Source: Lama glama
Lineage: Eukaryota
NCBI GenBank assembly: GCA_028534125.1
Contig: CM052818.1
Span: 6,822,001-6,886,000, forward strand
Length of the DNA: 64,000 bases
Reading direction: 5' to 3'
Shown: in pieces, positions 50,100-64,000 of the stretch
Layout: each line of letters begins with the position of its first letter
How positions within the stretch are numbered: the first letter of the stretch is position 1
The notes under the pieces: model-generated
Seen by the model: only the letters and a program-made list of their open reading frames with translations
Database searches by the model: none
What the model was told of the DNA's origin: nothing
Made by a program: the position numbers and the translations under genes

Positions 50100-52723
50100 T
50101 GCTACGTTTTAAGGCAAGTGTCACACATACAAAACAGTCAGAGATGAACAGTATTTACGACACGTTAGACGAGAAGAGCGGGGAGACATCTTCAGACAAT
50201 GAGACAGCGTGGTTTTCCCCAGCCGGGTGCTCCTAGTCTGATCCCTTTTGTGGATCAAAAAACAGAGAGAAACCCAGGAGAAGGGGGAGGGGTCATCATC
50301 GGGATTTTACAAGGAAGCACCCTTCTCCAGGCCACTGCACTCCCCTCACTGCCTTTCCAGGTCCAGGATAGAGGATGTGCAGTTCCTGGGTCTGATCTAG
50401 TTTCCACGTCTTGTGAAATTCACCTTTAGGAACAGGAAAATCAGCCAGAGAGCCTGCAATTGGTTCACCTCTGTCCCAATTCAAACTTACTTAGATTGAA
50501 GCCACAACATACGCACGCACACACATAAATGCTACACACATGTACACCCATCCGCACACACACAGATGCTACACACATGTATGTGTGCAATACACATGTG
50601 GAAGAAGGGAAGAGATCTACCGAAGCCTGAAATGTTCATCTGCAGTTTGGAATCCAACAGTGCAATTGTTTCCCCTCGGAAAACAGAAGGTGTCAGCAAC
50701 AAGCCGGAGGGTCAAGGTTTCCAGGTACCTCTCAGCTCAGTTCCTGGTCACTCCTGCTTCACAGGAGACAGGAGTGGGTGGCTTAGCTGCTTTAAAGAGG
50801 GCTGGAGGGAGCGGGGCCTGCCCATGGGCCGAGTCTGCTCTGGACTCCTTGGCTTTTCTCCATCCCTTTCACTCTGGCACACGCCCCACCCCAATTTTAA
50901 AATGGGAGAATTTCACTATTTCTGTCCCTCCCACCCGTTCTACTTGTGATGGGACCTGCATCACAATAATGTGCTCTGCTTCCGCTGGGTGACAGCAGCA
51001 GGAGAAACAAGGGAATGAGCGAGGCTGAAAGTTTGGGAGCTTTAATGGCTGTTGTGGGATGGCAGAACCAGTGCCTGGCTCTGGGAGTCACAGGGAGGTC
51101 AGGTACCCGAAGTGTGGTGGGAGGCGGGGTAGTGAATTCATGAAAAACTGAAGGACCTTAGGAAGAGGCTGCATCTGATGCTAATGAGAAAATACCAAGA
51201 GAACAATTGACCTGATAAAAGTTGCTCCTGCACAACCTAAAAGTTGCTCACAGCACGCAAGCCTGCTCATAAAAGCTGTCCTCCCCAGGAGGAGGCGGCT
51301 CCTGGAGAGCGTAGGTATCACCTAGGCAACAGTAAGGAGAACTGGGGGCGTTAGCGCTTGATACCCCATAAGCGAAATGCCAAACGGTCGTTTTCATGGA
51401 TTCACTCAGTTCGCCTCACCAAACCCCTCTGAGGTAGGTAAGAGGCAGGTGACATCAGCCCCATTTTACTAATGGGGTAAAGTGAGGTCCCAGGACTTGC
51501 TGCAGGTCACCCCACGGACACACGCCATCAGCCACAATGAGACAGCAGTCTTGTGCCTTGTAGGTCCCCCACCGCCACCACTGGCAACACTGGTCTTCTC
51601 TATAAAGCCCCCTCTCCTAGGTTCAGACCAAGTCAGCAGGTATCGTACGGACTGTTAGGCTTATAATTTTAAATTCTGATGTACTAGAGGTAAAGGAAGC
51701 CAAGACCCTAGAAATCAGCCAAAGCCAGGGGATTGGGGGACCTGGGAATGTGGGTACCCCACCCCCTAATTTGTGGTTTTAACAAATTTTTTGTTTTGTT
51801 TTTGCTGCAATGCAGCCTTTCAGGGAGGGTCTAGTTGGATTAAATATCTTGCTAAACCAACAAGGGTCCTGAATGTGATGACCGTATCACCTCCCCGGAG
51901 GAGGCCCCTCTCTGGCCTGTTGCCAAATCAGAGCAGGCAGGGATAAAGCCACATCGTTGTCAGAGGCCCAGGTCGTGAAAGCAGAAAACTTCCCCAGGAC
52001 TGGGGCGAGAATGGGGGCATCAGCATGTGTGCGTGTGTGTCCTGTTGGGTGCCTCCCTCCCCCTGCAGGTGGTACTCCCCTCCTTTCTTTGACCTCAGAA
52101 TTTAGTTGTTTACTTAATGCCACTGACCAGAAACCCCAGCTGTGCTAACACCATGGAGTATTTCTAACTTGATGACGTGCAGCGCCTCCAGCCCAGTGAC
52201 CCAGAAGCCAGCCACACCTAGTTGTAGCATGGACTCTAAACACCTTGAGTCCCAGCTCAGTGAATTTCAGCCAAGGCTAAGAATTTGGGAATTTTTCCAA
52301 TTACTACAGCTCATGAGGCAAAGCGACAGACGACTGCCACCCGCCAGGTCTGCCCGGAAAACACCTGATGCTGAGCTTTCTTGGGTGCAGTGAATAACAT
52401 GTGCATTTTCCAAGCTTTAACCCCCACGTACCTGTGAGCCTGTTATTCCCCCAGCCTGACAGCTTGAGGGTGTGTTTCTGAACAGAGCCCGGGTGCACAC
52501 AGTTGCACCTGGACACGGTCAAACCAAATGTCAGAGTGTCCTGGTCCTTGGGAACCAGTTCCTGTAGGAAGCCCAATGTCTGTACCGAGAAGTAATCCTC
52601 AAACTGGTGACTGGGCCAAAGCATTGCTCGGGAGGCTAAACGTCGGCGAGGGCAGTGACTGGGGCCCAGCGGCGGGACTGAGGGGGCGGGCACGCCTGGT
52701 GGTGAGCTGGGAGCCCAGCCCCA
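50100..52723 (-). other. SLC1A4: SLC1A4 3'UTR (distal end uncertain)
   Basis: Follows the TGA at 52724-52726. No clear minus-strand AATAAA seen by eye; ATTAAA at 51041-51046. Confidence 0.5.
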
Positions 52724-53224
<501 letters not shown>

Positions 53225-54740
53225 TCAGTATTGACATTTGAATTTTCTTCCAGAAATCTTCCTATGCATGCTTTCACGTGTAAGAGACCCCATCGAATAA
53301 AAGCTACAGGGAACTGGGATGACAGCATAGCTTCAGTTCTGTGTCCCGCTCCCCTCCCACTCATGGTTCTGCTGCAGGGAACCTCCCTTCTTTACTCATT
53401 TTGACCCTGCGTCTCTACTGAACTGTAACCTTCATATGCTCTCTAAGGCTGTTGGCAAACACCATCTCACAGAAAACAGCACTGTCCTTTCCAGAAGCTT
53501 GTCTTCCCATAGATTAGTCCAATGAACATCCCCCATCCCTGGGGCTCAGAAGAAGGAAGTACGGTGCCCATTCAGGAGTGAGGGGAAAATGTGAACTCGC
53601 CTGAGGCACTGGGGAAGCTGAGGGCTGTGGATCAGAGGTCACGGGTGGTGGAGGGTTCATGTGACTGCAGGTCTCTCCAGGGCAGCCCAGTGGCGTCCTA
53701 CCTCCCTAGTCCTGGCTAAGCACCTTCCTTATGTAGAGGCGGTGGCTGGGTGAGGAAGGAGGTAGGGCTGCCGACCCTCTGCTCTGGTCCTGTCCAACCC
53801 ATCACTGCAGGGCCTGAGTTCCCTCAGAACTGCTGTCTGGACAATGCAGGTTTCCACTGCACATTTCGCCCCCGAGGAGCCCTAGGGATTCTGAGAAGCC
53901 CCTTCAAGTTTCCAGGGCTTAAAAAAAAAGGTTGGAAACCACCATTCCTAACCACCATGGGCAGAGCCCCGAGCCCAGTGCCAGGCTCCCGCATTTAGGG
54001 TATCCCATGCCCCTCCCTCTCTGGCGAGCCTGGCCAGAAGTGTCCTTCTTCCCCAATGTTTGCAGAAGGCGCTTCCATGTGCCTCCATGCTGTGTATGTG
54101 CTAGCTCATTTAATCTCCACCACTACTCTGGTGTGGGGTCTGCATTATTCACACACGACAGCTGGGCGGACCAAAGCACGGACAGTTCATATCACACAAC
54201 TAGTAAACGGTAAAGCTGGGATTTGAACCCAGATACCTGGGCACCAGGGCTCGTTTCTTATTCACTTGCTTTGTCACTCTGCATCAGTTATTTCAGCTGA
54301 CCTTCCCTATAAAACAAATATTATTTGTGTCTGAGAAGAGTATCAGATGACTCAAGGCAGCAACACTCAGAAACTGTTCTGCATCTTCACAGCAGCCCTG
54401 GTGACGGCCGTCTGGATTGCATCTCCTTCCTCATTCCCCACCGTGGCACCCAAGTCAGGGCTCTCGCATTAGCTGGGTTCACCTCTCCTCTCGCAGAAAT
54501 CACCCCTAGGATGTTCCAGGCCAAGGACAATCACTCCTGAGGGCTCACTGCTCCAATGGCTATGACTCCTATGCAGCCAACAATCTCCATAGACCCTCGG
54601 ACCCCCAGCTTTCCCGGATGTTTTAAGCAAGTTCTTGGTAATGACATGTTTTAAGTTTCTCTGCATGCCCTGAGCCAGTGCCACGCTCCTAGGGAACTCA
54701 ATACAGACTTTTATTCGGTGCCCTTAGGACCTGCTACTTA

Positions 54741-54959
<219 letters not shown>

Positions 54960-55132
54960 TTAAAAACTGAAAACCACACAACCCTAGATTCTGTCAGCTG
55001 CGCCCTTGAGCGAGGACCCATTCTCTTCTAGGAATGAGTTCACGCTGTCCTCATTTCACAAATGAGATGCCTGAGTCACGGTGAGGGATCACAAGAAGGC
55101 CCTCAAGTTCTGAACCAGGCCTAAAGAACTTA

Positions 55133-55549
<417 letters not shown>

Positions 55550-56536
55550 TTATAGTTTTACCTGGACACACCAGTTCCAGATTTCTCAAGAACCATGCCT
55601 TGCCTCGTGGTGCAAAATGTTCTCAAGAGAACAAAGAACTATTTACTCTATAGGTGCATCTCCTCTTTTGAATGTTTTTTCCCCTAAAAAAGTAAAAATG
55701 ATTTTTTTTTTTAAGAAGCAGAAATGGCTCTGAGAGTTTGGGAAGAGTAACTGTGTTCCTGGATCACTGGTAGGACTAGGCATGCCCTCTCCAGCGGGCT
55801 CTGCACAGGGCGGCTGGCACCACTGAGAAGGAGGCTGGTTTCCAACGAAGCTGGAGAAACTCACCTCCCTTATTCTTTTCCCACCACCACCCTGTCATAC
55901 ACACAGCCATTTGGGATGGAAGGAAACATGCAAAAACTCGGGAGGCAAAAACTACATATGTGAATGCAACGATGTGCTACCATCCTTTGCAAGTTGACTT
56001 TAATGTATTTGGAAAGCCCAGTTTTGAGGGGGAAGGATTTCCAATAACGACAAGGTGCATCCTTCGTGCTAAATGAGATAATCCCACAAACCTGTGGACT
56101 CCTAGAGAGCTGAGCACATACCCCTCACCATCATGCCTTGGTCTTATTTCCTAATTCACCTGTCCAGAGGGAGAATTGGGCAGGTGACATTCTAGAAGCT
56201 TGCCTGCAATGCTGTTTTGAGTTAAGTGGTTGGCTTCTTTTACACAAGGGGCTTACTAATTAGGGTGAGGACCCGCAGTTGGGCTAAATAATGCTCCGAC
56301 TGACCTCTAAAGAGCAAGAAGCAGAAGAGAACGAGGCAATACCTCATTCTGGCAATTCCAGAAATCTAATTCCATAAGAGCTGTGGGGCTGGTAGTACAA
56401 AAAAATCAGGTAAGTCCAGTTTAAAGTTTTCAAGGAATTAAAATATCTTGAGATGCTGGCTGTACATCCACCTGAGGCTCACCAGGCCCCATATCAACAC
56501 AGGTCAGAGAAGCCAAGGGCACCCAAAACCCACTCA

Positions 56537-56968
<432 letters not shown>

Positions 56969-58206
56969 TCATTGTGGGTGATGGAGTCAGGACCAGGACT
57001 CAGACTTCTTTCCTGTTGGATACATCCTTAACAGCTGATACTACCAACCACATGGGCTCCCAAGTGGAAAGGCAAAGAACTCTTCATGATCCAAGCCTCT
57101 GGGGCTGTAAGCTTGACTTTCAGCTTTGCTCAGGCTTGTTCCGAGAACTCAGGAACACAAAAGGCTAACACCTATTTTGCAGAATTGCTGTGATACCGAA
57201 TTGAGCCAAAGCTGAGACTTTTGTGAAGTTTTAAATTCTTTGTGTTTTGGAAAAACATGATTCCGTGGGAAAAAGTCATTAACAATGACCCTCTGGGAAC
57301 ACTCTTGGAGCGTGAAGATTTTTTTAATGTCAGGATGGGAAGAAGGAAGGGAAGAAATGGACTACAGGAACTACAAAGAACAAGAGTCTGTTGTTTTGAA
57401 TTCAATAGAAATTGAGGAAGAATTTTATAACTGTTGACTTTGTCAATGTTAATTATATAGATAATAATGTCACATAGTTCAAAATTCAAAGGGTACAATA
57501 GTGTGAATTGTGTAAAGTCTCCCTCCCATCTTTGTCCCCCAAACACCCAGTTTCCTTCCAAGGAGGCAGCCAATGTTCCTGGTTTCTTGAGTTTTCTTCC
57601 CAGAGATACTCTATGCAATATTATTTTTTAAAAGTCCCATAGTAATACAGGAATACCTTCTCCTTTCAAAAAATTAAAACATTACAGATTAGGCCAAAAT
57701 CTTTCAGCACCATCCTCAAGCCAGACCCCTCCTCTGATAACCACTCCCACTTCTTATGCATTTAGATACACAGGTATGTGTTTAAATCTGCACATTTATT
57801 TTTAACCCCCCATTACATCTTGGAGATCTCTGTCAATGGACATTTGGGTTGATTCCACTTTTACCTCATTCTTTTTAATATCATCCTCAGAACTGTACTA
57901 CAGATTATGTTGCCATTGCCATGCTGTTGGGCATTTAAATTATTCCCAGGTTTTCATCATTGCAAAGTACACTGCAAACGGGCCTCTTTGTGCCCTCATG
58001 CTTGTGTTCTCCAGGTAGAGACACCACCTAGACCCACCGGCACCTCGACCCACCTAGACCACAGTGGGACCACAGAGTCATAGGGTGTGCATGTTTTAAA
58101 TTTTTGTAGATCCTGACAAACTGTTCTCCAAAGTGGCTATTCCAATTCAGCTTTGGCTCAGTTTGGTTCCCTCCAGCTGTTGAGGAGAATAATCCTTTCC
58201 CTGTAC

Positions 58207-58686
58207 CACTGGTTCTCATCCAAGGATGACTTTGCCCCCAGGGGACATTAAGCCATATCTGGAGATATTTTTGTTTGTTACAACTTTGATGGGAGGGATG
58301 GTGTTACTGGCATCTAGGGGCTGGAGGCCAAGGATACTGCAAAACATCCTGCAGTGCAACAAGACAGCCCCCCACAACAGAGATGGTCCAGCCTCAAAGG
58401 TCAATAGTGCTGCTAATACAAGGATATACTGTACAGCACAGGGAATGTAGCCAGTATTTCATAATAACCATTAATGGGGTAAAATCTATAAAATTTTTGC
58501 ATCACTATGCTGGACACTTGAAATTAACATAATACCGTAAATCAACTATATCCCAACTTTAAAAATGCAGCAGATTTTTACTATAAAAAGTTGGAAAATG
58601 CAAAAAAAAAAAAAGCAGGAAAATGAAAATTAAAATTCCTGAAATTCTGAAGGAAAAAACAATAGCGCTGCTATTGAGAAACCCTT
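58207..58686 (+). mobile_element. MER20 interrupted near its end by an L1 3' insertion (58416-58659)
   Basis: MER20 body 58207-58415; its terminal gctattgagaaaccct resumes after the insert; direct repeat CAATAG(T/C)GCTGCTA at 58402-58415 and 58660-58673. Confidence 0.8.
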
Positions 58687-58915
58687 TCCCCACCCTTATC
58701 AATGCCTGATAAAACCAAACTTTTCATTTCCCTGGTTTCTAATAAGTTGGGCATCCCTTAAAATGTTTACTGGTCATTTACGTTTCCTCTTCTATGAATA
58801 TCTGCTCACAACTTGTCCTTTTGTTAATAGTTTATTCAGTCTTTTTTTCCTTTTCAGTAGTCAGAACTCTTTATATTAGTGTTTCTCAAACTATCTTCAG
58901 TGAAAGGCTTGTTCC

Positions 58916-59013
58916 TTTTTTCTTTTTTCTTTTTTTAATGTAAGTACTGGGGATTGAACCCAGGACATTGTGCATGCTAAGCACACGCCCTACCATGGAG
59001 CTATATGCTCCCC
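58916..59013 (-). mobile_element. tRNA-Ala-derived camelid SINE (Vic-1-like)
   Basis: gtactggggattgaacccaggacattgtgcatgctaagcacacgccctaccatggagctata preceded by a T-rich tail. Confidence 0.85.
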
Positions 59014-59232
59014 GCAAGACTGGTTTATTTCTATCCAGTTGATCATGGACCAGTACTCTTCTAAAACACACAAGAAAATAAAACACTAAAAAAAGATCAT
59101 GTGCTTGGATGTTGAAGTAATATGAAATTGCTGTAGAAGTTTCTAAACACTTATTCTCAATTTCCCTATAAATTTCACTGCAGACAGATAAATATTTTGT
59201 GAACAGGTACTAGTCCTTTCTATACTAATGCT

Positions 59233-59268
59233 TTGAGAGAGAGAGAGAGAGCGTGTGTGTGTGTTTGT
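59233..59268. repeat. (GA)n(GT)n compound microsatellite
   Basis: gagagagagagagagagcgtgtgtgtgtgt read directly. Confidence 0.9.
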
Positions 59269-59529
59269 GTACACATACAGACTATGTGTTAAGTATATAT
59301 CAATTTTTTTCAATAAGTGTCTTGTCTTTTAACTTTGTCCAAGGTATCTTTTGCATGCGAACATTTTGTATTTTGTTGTCAAGTTTAGCAGCTTTTTATG
59401 GGTTTTACTTCCTGCATTTTGTGTAGGAAGACTTCCTCTACCCCGGTACTTTCTTCTAATTACTTTTAAAGGACTCCCTTTCCTCTTTCTTCCTTCCTGC
59501 CTGGATAGGTTAATGCCTGGCTTGGCACC

Positions 59530-59660
59530 ATGAGTGTTACTGGAACACAGCCATGCTCATTCATTTATAAACTGTCTGTGGTTGTTGCCTTTGTCCTACG
59601 AGGGCAGCATTGGCCGTCACAGCAGACATCACATGGCCTGCAAGGTTTGCTGACCCTGTA
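59530..59660. mobile_element. MER58-like DNA transposon fragment
   Basis: tactggaacacagccatgctcattcattta...tggcctgcaag...tttgctgaccctg. Confidence 0.7.
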
Positions 59661-61074
59661 TTCAGTCCATTGAGAAGTTATTTCTGTGAACAGTGCAGGC
59701 TAGGCAGGTGCTTCGATATTCGAGTAGAGAACTAGCGAAGGAAAGAAAGTAGGAAGAGCCACTACCAAAGATCCCTCCCACACCTGATGGAGATCCTTAA
59801 CCTGTTAAGGCATCTGAAACCCCAGTTCCATGTGGGATGCTCTTACTGGGCAATAGATCTCCCACTGCAGTTAGCCAGTCAGCTGAGTCTGCCCTACCAA
59901 ATATCTGCTTCTATAACTAATGCATCTCACTGAAGGAATTTGGTTTCCAGATTGAAAACCAAACAAATCTGTTAACACAGAAACATTACTTTCTTGCTCA
60001 GAGTTTCCCTTAATCCAACCTTTGGGAGGATTTTAGACTTAAAAAAAAAAAAAAAAGCCAGGAAAAGAACTTGCCGTGATGAAAACACTTTTTCCTTTTT
60101 GGAAATATTTTTCTCCCCAGCACAACAGCAGTCATATGAAGTGTCATGTTTACAATCTAGAGTCAGACTCTGGAATTTTGGGTTGAGCAAGAAAATCTGA
60201 TTGAGTAAGACAAACACCACCAGTGGGGGCTCCAGACTTGGCTTCCCACCCAATTCCAAACTTTCCTGCCAAATTCCAGGCTACTCTTCTAAAATCAGTC
60301 CTGCTGTCTCTCCACCTCTACCTCCCCCACCAATGCCATCTAAGAGAAAGAAGTTCTGGGATATTTAAGAGTTGACAATAAGGAAAATGCTTTGTGTATG
60401 TAGTTTCTCAACAACAAATGGACAGAAGCTAAAATCCTGGCTTGGATAAAACAGCAGGATAAACTTTATGAGGCCTTGACACTGGGCTCGGTATGATTTC
60501 TGAGAAGTTACCTTGAGAGATCCTGTCAAATTTTTGTTAGCCAGAAATCAATCTAATGGTTTTTATTAAACAATTACCTTTCATTGATATTACATAAAGA
60601 GACATTTATGTGATGGAAAGACCATTCCAAGTTTATATATGTGGTAGAAATGGATTTGTCCTTCCTGGTGTAAAACCCTCTAGTAAGGGGCCCTTCTGAA
60701 GCCTGAAGTCTTTTGTTTTAAGATAAATGAGCCTTATTTTATGCAGCAGGTAGCAAACTTATGGAATTCATTGCCCCCTAGATGACATGTGCATCCCATG
60801 TGATACAGAAAGATGGTGAGATTCATAAATAAATCACCAATGATAGAACCCTACAGGTCACTGTGGGTGTCAAGGAGAGGACTGGTAACTGTGGCACACA
60901 CCTGTTTCTCTGAGGTCCTTCACCCCAGGTACCAAGACTGGCCTATGGTGCACCAACCACATACAGAGCACTGGGCCAGGAGGCCCCACATGAGTGACCT
61001 AGAACAGCTGAGCTGGGTTCTTTTTAGGATGGCAGGAAAAATGAGAGAGTAGGTAGCTGGCAGGGTGACACTCA

Positions 61075-61269
<195 letters not shown>

Positions 61270-61313
61270 TCAGTATACAACAGATGAGTGAGAATTAAAG
61301 ATGCATTTGCTTG

Positions 61314-61412
61314 TAATAACCTATAATGGAAAAGAATCTGAAGTTGTACACCTGAAACTAAATTAACACAACATTGTAAATCAACAATAGTTTAATGAGG
61401 AAAAAAAACCAG
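61314..61412 (+). mobile_element. ~100-bp L1 3' tail with 17-bp target-site duplication
   Basis: AAAGATGCATTTGCTTG at 61297-61313 and 61413-61429 flanks taataacctataatggaaaagaatctgaa...gtaaatcaac plus an A-rich tail. Confidence 0.88.
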
Positions 61413-62717
61413 AAAGATGCATTTGCTTGGTGTCTCCACCAGGTTGAAGCACTGTGCCTGGAATGAAAAAAAGGCTCAAATTTTGTTTAACCCTCAGCGA
61501 TCTCACAAATCAAGAAGGAAACTAAAAGGGAGATGGAGTCTGAGGACACAGAAAACCAACAAACAAAAATTTCACCTAGTTGTTAACTCTGAAAGCTGTT
61601 CAGAATGGGCAGAAGGTAGTGAGCTCCCTGTCACTTGGTATATTCAACTAGAGGTTAGACAATCACTGCAAAGGGTTGTTTAAAAGAAGAGCTAATTGGT
61701 GAAAAGTTCCTTCAGATTGCGAATCAATGATTGTAACTTTGCCTCCTAAATGTCAACAAATTCTTTGTCGCTGGGCTCCTACCATGGTCTCCTCGCTGAC
61801 AAATTTCAAAAGATGTTCAGAATCAACATGGGTATTTTCAGGATATCCTTTCCTAAACCACTGACTTAAAATAGATAGAAATAATATATTTTAAATTTTT
61901 TCCAGCAGTGCTGAACCTCATGACTGCAAGCATATATTAGACAAACATTTTATTCCATCACAACACATTATGAAGTTCTGAACAGGAAAGATGTCAGCAC
62001 AGTAAAAACCAAAAGAGCATTTTTATCATTGTTCTAGTCTGAGTCCTAGTCCCAACTCTGATATTAGATAATTTCTTTGAGCTCAGGTGCTTCAACTGCA
62101 AGATGAAGTGAAATGGACTAAGTTAGTAGCTTTCAACTCTTTTTTTTAAAGTAGAACTTTTCCTTTACCCAGAGCCACTCAGCCCTGGGGAGGTGTATTA
62201 GGGGGTAGGGGAAGGGCAAAGTACCTCCTCCCCTCCATGGCAGCTCTGAGGCTAGACTGAATAATCCTTGAGGTCTCTTGTCCCTTCCAGCTCTAGCAAT
62301 GAAGGCTGGGACTCAGTCCGCTGTCTGATAAACAACACGTACTCAAAAAATAAATGGAACTTAATGACAGCTATAGTGAGTTAAGCCCCTGAGACAAGTT
62401 CAATGTGCAGGGGCAGGTTAAATCACCTATTAATTCTATTTCAGAATAGCAGAAGGGATGTTGTAATTTTTTTTTTTAAGAAAGGGAGCATTAGTTCCAA
62501 GTCAATGAAACTGATCAGCTAAAGATTCCAGTGCTACACACGCCGGTCTTTGGCCATGTTGGTAAAAAAAAAGGAGCAAATCTAGCCTGTGTGATTCGGA
62601 CGGCCCAGTCAGACCCCAGAGTTTTCAGCCCTGCATGCATTGTGTATGCCCCTTCAATCAAGAAACATTACTTGCTTTGTAAGTATTTGCCACAAGTGAT
62701 CTCACGAAGAGCTTTAC

Positions 62718-62780
62718 CTTTTCAAGGGTTATGTTTCCAGCGCTCGTGTTGTGGGTCACCTCTCTATAGTCAGTTGCATA
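62718..62780 (-). CDS. SLC1A4: SLC1A4 exon 3 (YATDYREVTHNTSAGNITLEK), glycosylated extracellular loop
   Basis: Acceptor ttctcttgttcacag, donor AAG|GTAAAG; 63 nt, phase 0-0; two N-x-S/T sequons (NTS, NIT). Confidence 0.95.
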
Positions 62781-63894
62781 CTGTGAACAAGAGAAAGAAA
62801 AACCCCTGTCAGTGCACAGCCTAAGGCCCCCTGGAGGAACCAAGAGGACTGCTGGGCCTCTTGCTGCTCCGTCGTCCTTCACCCCGAGTGCCCTGGGCAT
62901 TCGCCACTTGGTTGGCCCAACAAGTGCCTCTGAGGATGCACAAGTAACTTAAGATCAAGGCAGTGTGCACTCCAGGAGGCCTCTGGTTATTTAGGACCCA
63001 GGGAAACAGGGATGATTTCCTATGTCCCTTGGACACTGGTCTGGAGGAGAAGGTCCACACAATTTCAAGCTGATAGTCTGGTATCTCACACAGCTGAGAG
63101 TCCGTATTACTTGGAGAAACTGGATATTCATTCCACAACGCCAAAGCTCACTTTTCGGATGTGTCATTTTATTTTCATTCATTTATTTATTAAGCTCCAC
63201 CTTGTTCCAGAACGTATTTGAGTGGGACTGCTTTTCAGCATCTATTTCTAATCTGTTTTGAGCCCCCACTCTCCAAAGCAAAGGATGGGAGGCAGGACAG
63301 TGTGTTCTGGCTGAGTCTTCTGGGAAACCCTCTTATGGGAGGTGAAATGTCCACCCGACTTTGGTCCTGAGGTTGGCTTTACACACTTCTGCCCGATGTG
63401 CACAGGTGTCTCCCTGGGGCGGTATGCACTATCATCGGGTGGACTCTGTTATAAAACATCTTCCTGACCCTTCTAAGGACACCTGGCTTCTGGACTGCCA
63501 AGAGGAGCCCATTAGCGGGTTCAGACCTGGAGGCCTGCTTTGAACCCGCCTTTAGGGAGCTCTGGTCTCTCTCAGCTTTAACTTACCAAGCTTTCAGACA
63601 GGCAGAGGTGTTCAGTTGTCCCGTGATCAAGGGTGGCAGGGGAAACAAAACCCACCCTACATCTGTGGGAGGCACTGAAAGCCCCATAAACCTTTTATTT
63701 TTCTCCTATTTCACATTATATATACAAGCCAGAGTCGCGTTTATATGCAGATTTTTTTAAGAGAGAGAGGCTATTAGTAGAAACAGTAAAGTCTTTGCTT
63801 AAAAAGGGCAATCATATTAATCCATCTAATCTAGACCTTTATAGTCCTTCTCTGTGTAAAGCATGGCCACAAGGGCGTTACTTACAGCATTGCT

Positions 63895-64000
63895 GAAGTC
63901 AGGGAAAAACTAGAAACAACCTGAATGCCCATCAGCAAGGAACTCATTGAGGAAAATTATGGTGCGCTCACACAGTGCAATACAACCAGTAATTTCTGCA
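63895..64000 (+). mobile_element. LINE-1 fragment, truncated by the window end
   Basis: aaaaactagaaacaacctgaatgcccatcagcaagg...aaattatggt resembles the L1 ORF2 end. Confidence 0.6.

Noticed and set aside
58496..58504. ATF4/CARE-like TTTGCATCA in an SLC1A4 intron
   Set aside because: SLC1A4 is a known ATF4 target, but this 9-mer lies in an L1 fragment and such matches are expected by chance in 64 kb.

Overview
Mammalian genomic DNA, most likely a camelid (alpaca/llama/camel), judged from three copies of a tRNA-Ala-derived Vic-1-type SINE. It is the RAB1A-CEP68-SLC1A4 syntenic block. The window holds (i) the last coding exon and 3'UTR of RAB1A on + (CDS 230-427); (ii) the complete CEP68 gene on - (CpG-island promoter at ~26.3-26.5 kb, coding exons between 17592 and 5439, ~766 aa, 3'UTR running tail-to-tail into the RAB1A 3'UTR); (iii) a repeat-rich ~24 kb intergenic stretch with an orphan CpG island at ~41.4-41.8 kb; and (iv) exons 3-8 of SLC1A4/ASCT1 on - (62780 to 52724; exons 1-2 lie beyond the window). 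I placed exon boundaries by hand from GT-AG sites and checked reading-frame phase. Repeat family names come from recalled consensus similarity and their boundaries are approximate. I found no convincing new protein-coding gene or wholly new system. The best leads are an apparent frameshift that moves the CEP68 stop into the last exon, overlapping RAB1A/CEP68 3' ends with a SINE-donated poly(A) signal that could remove the overlap, an orphan CpG island resembling a distal first exon pointing at CEP68, a candidate alternative last exon and uORF in CEP68, a consensus CTCF site in the last SLC1A4 intron, and an L1 insertion with a probable 3' transduction.
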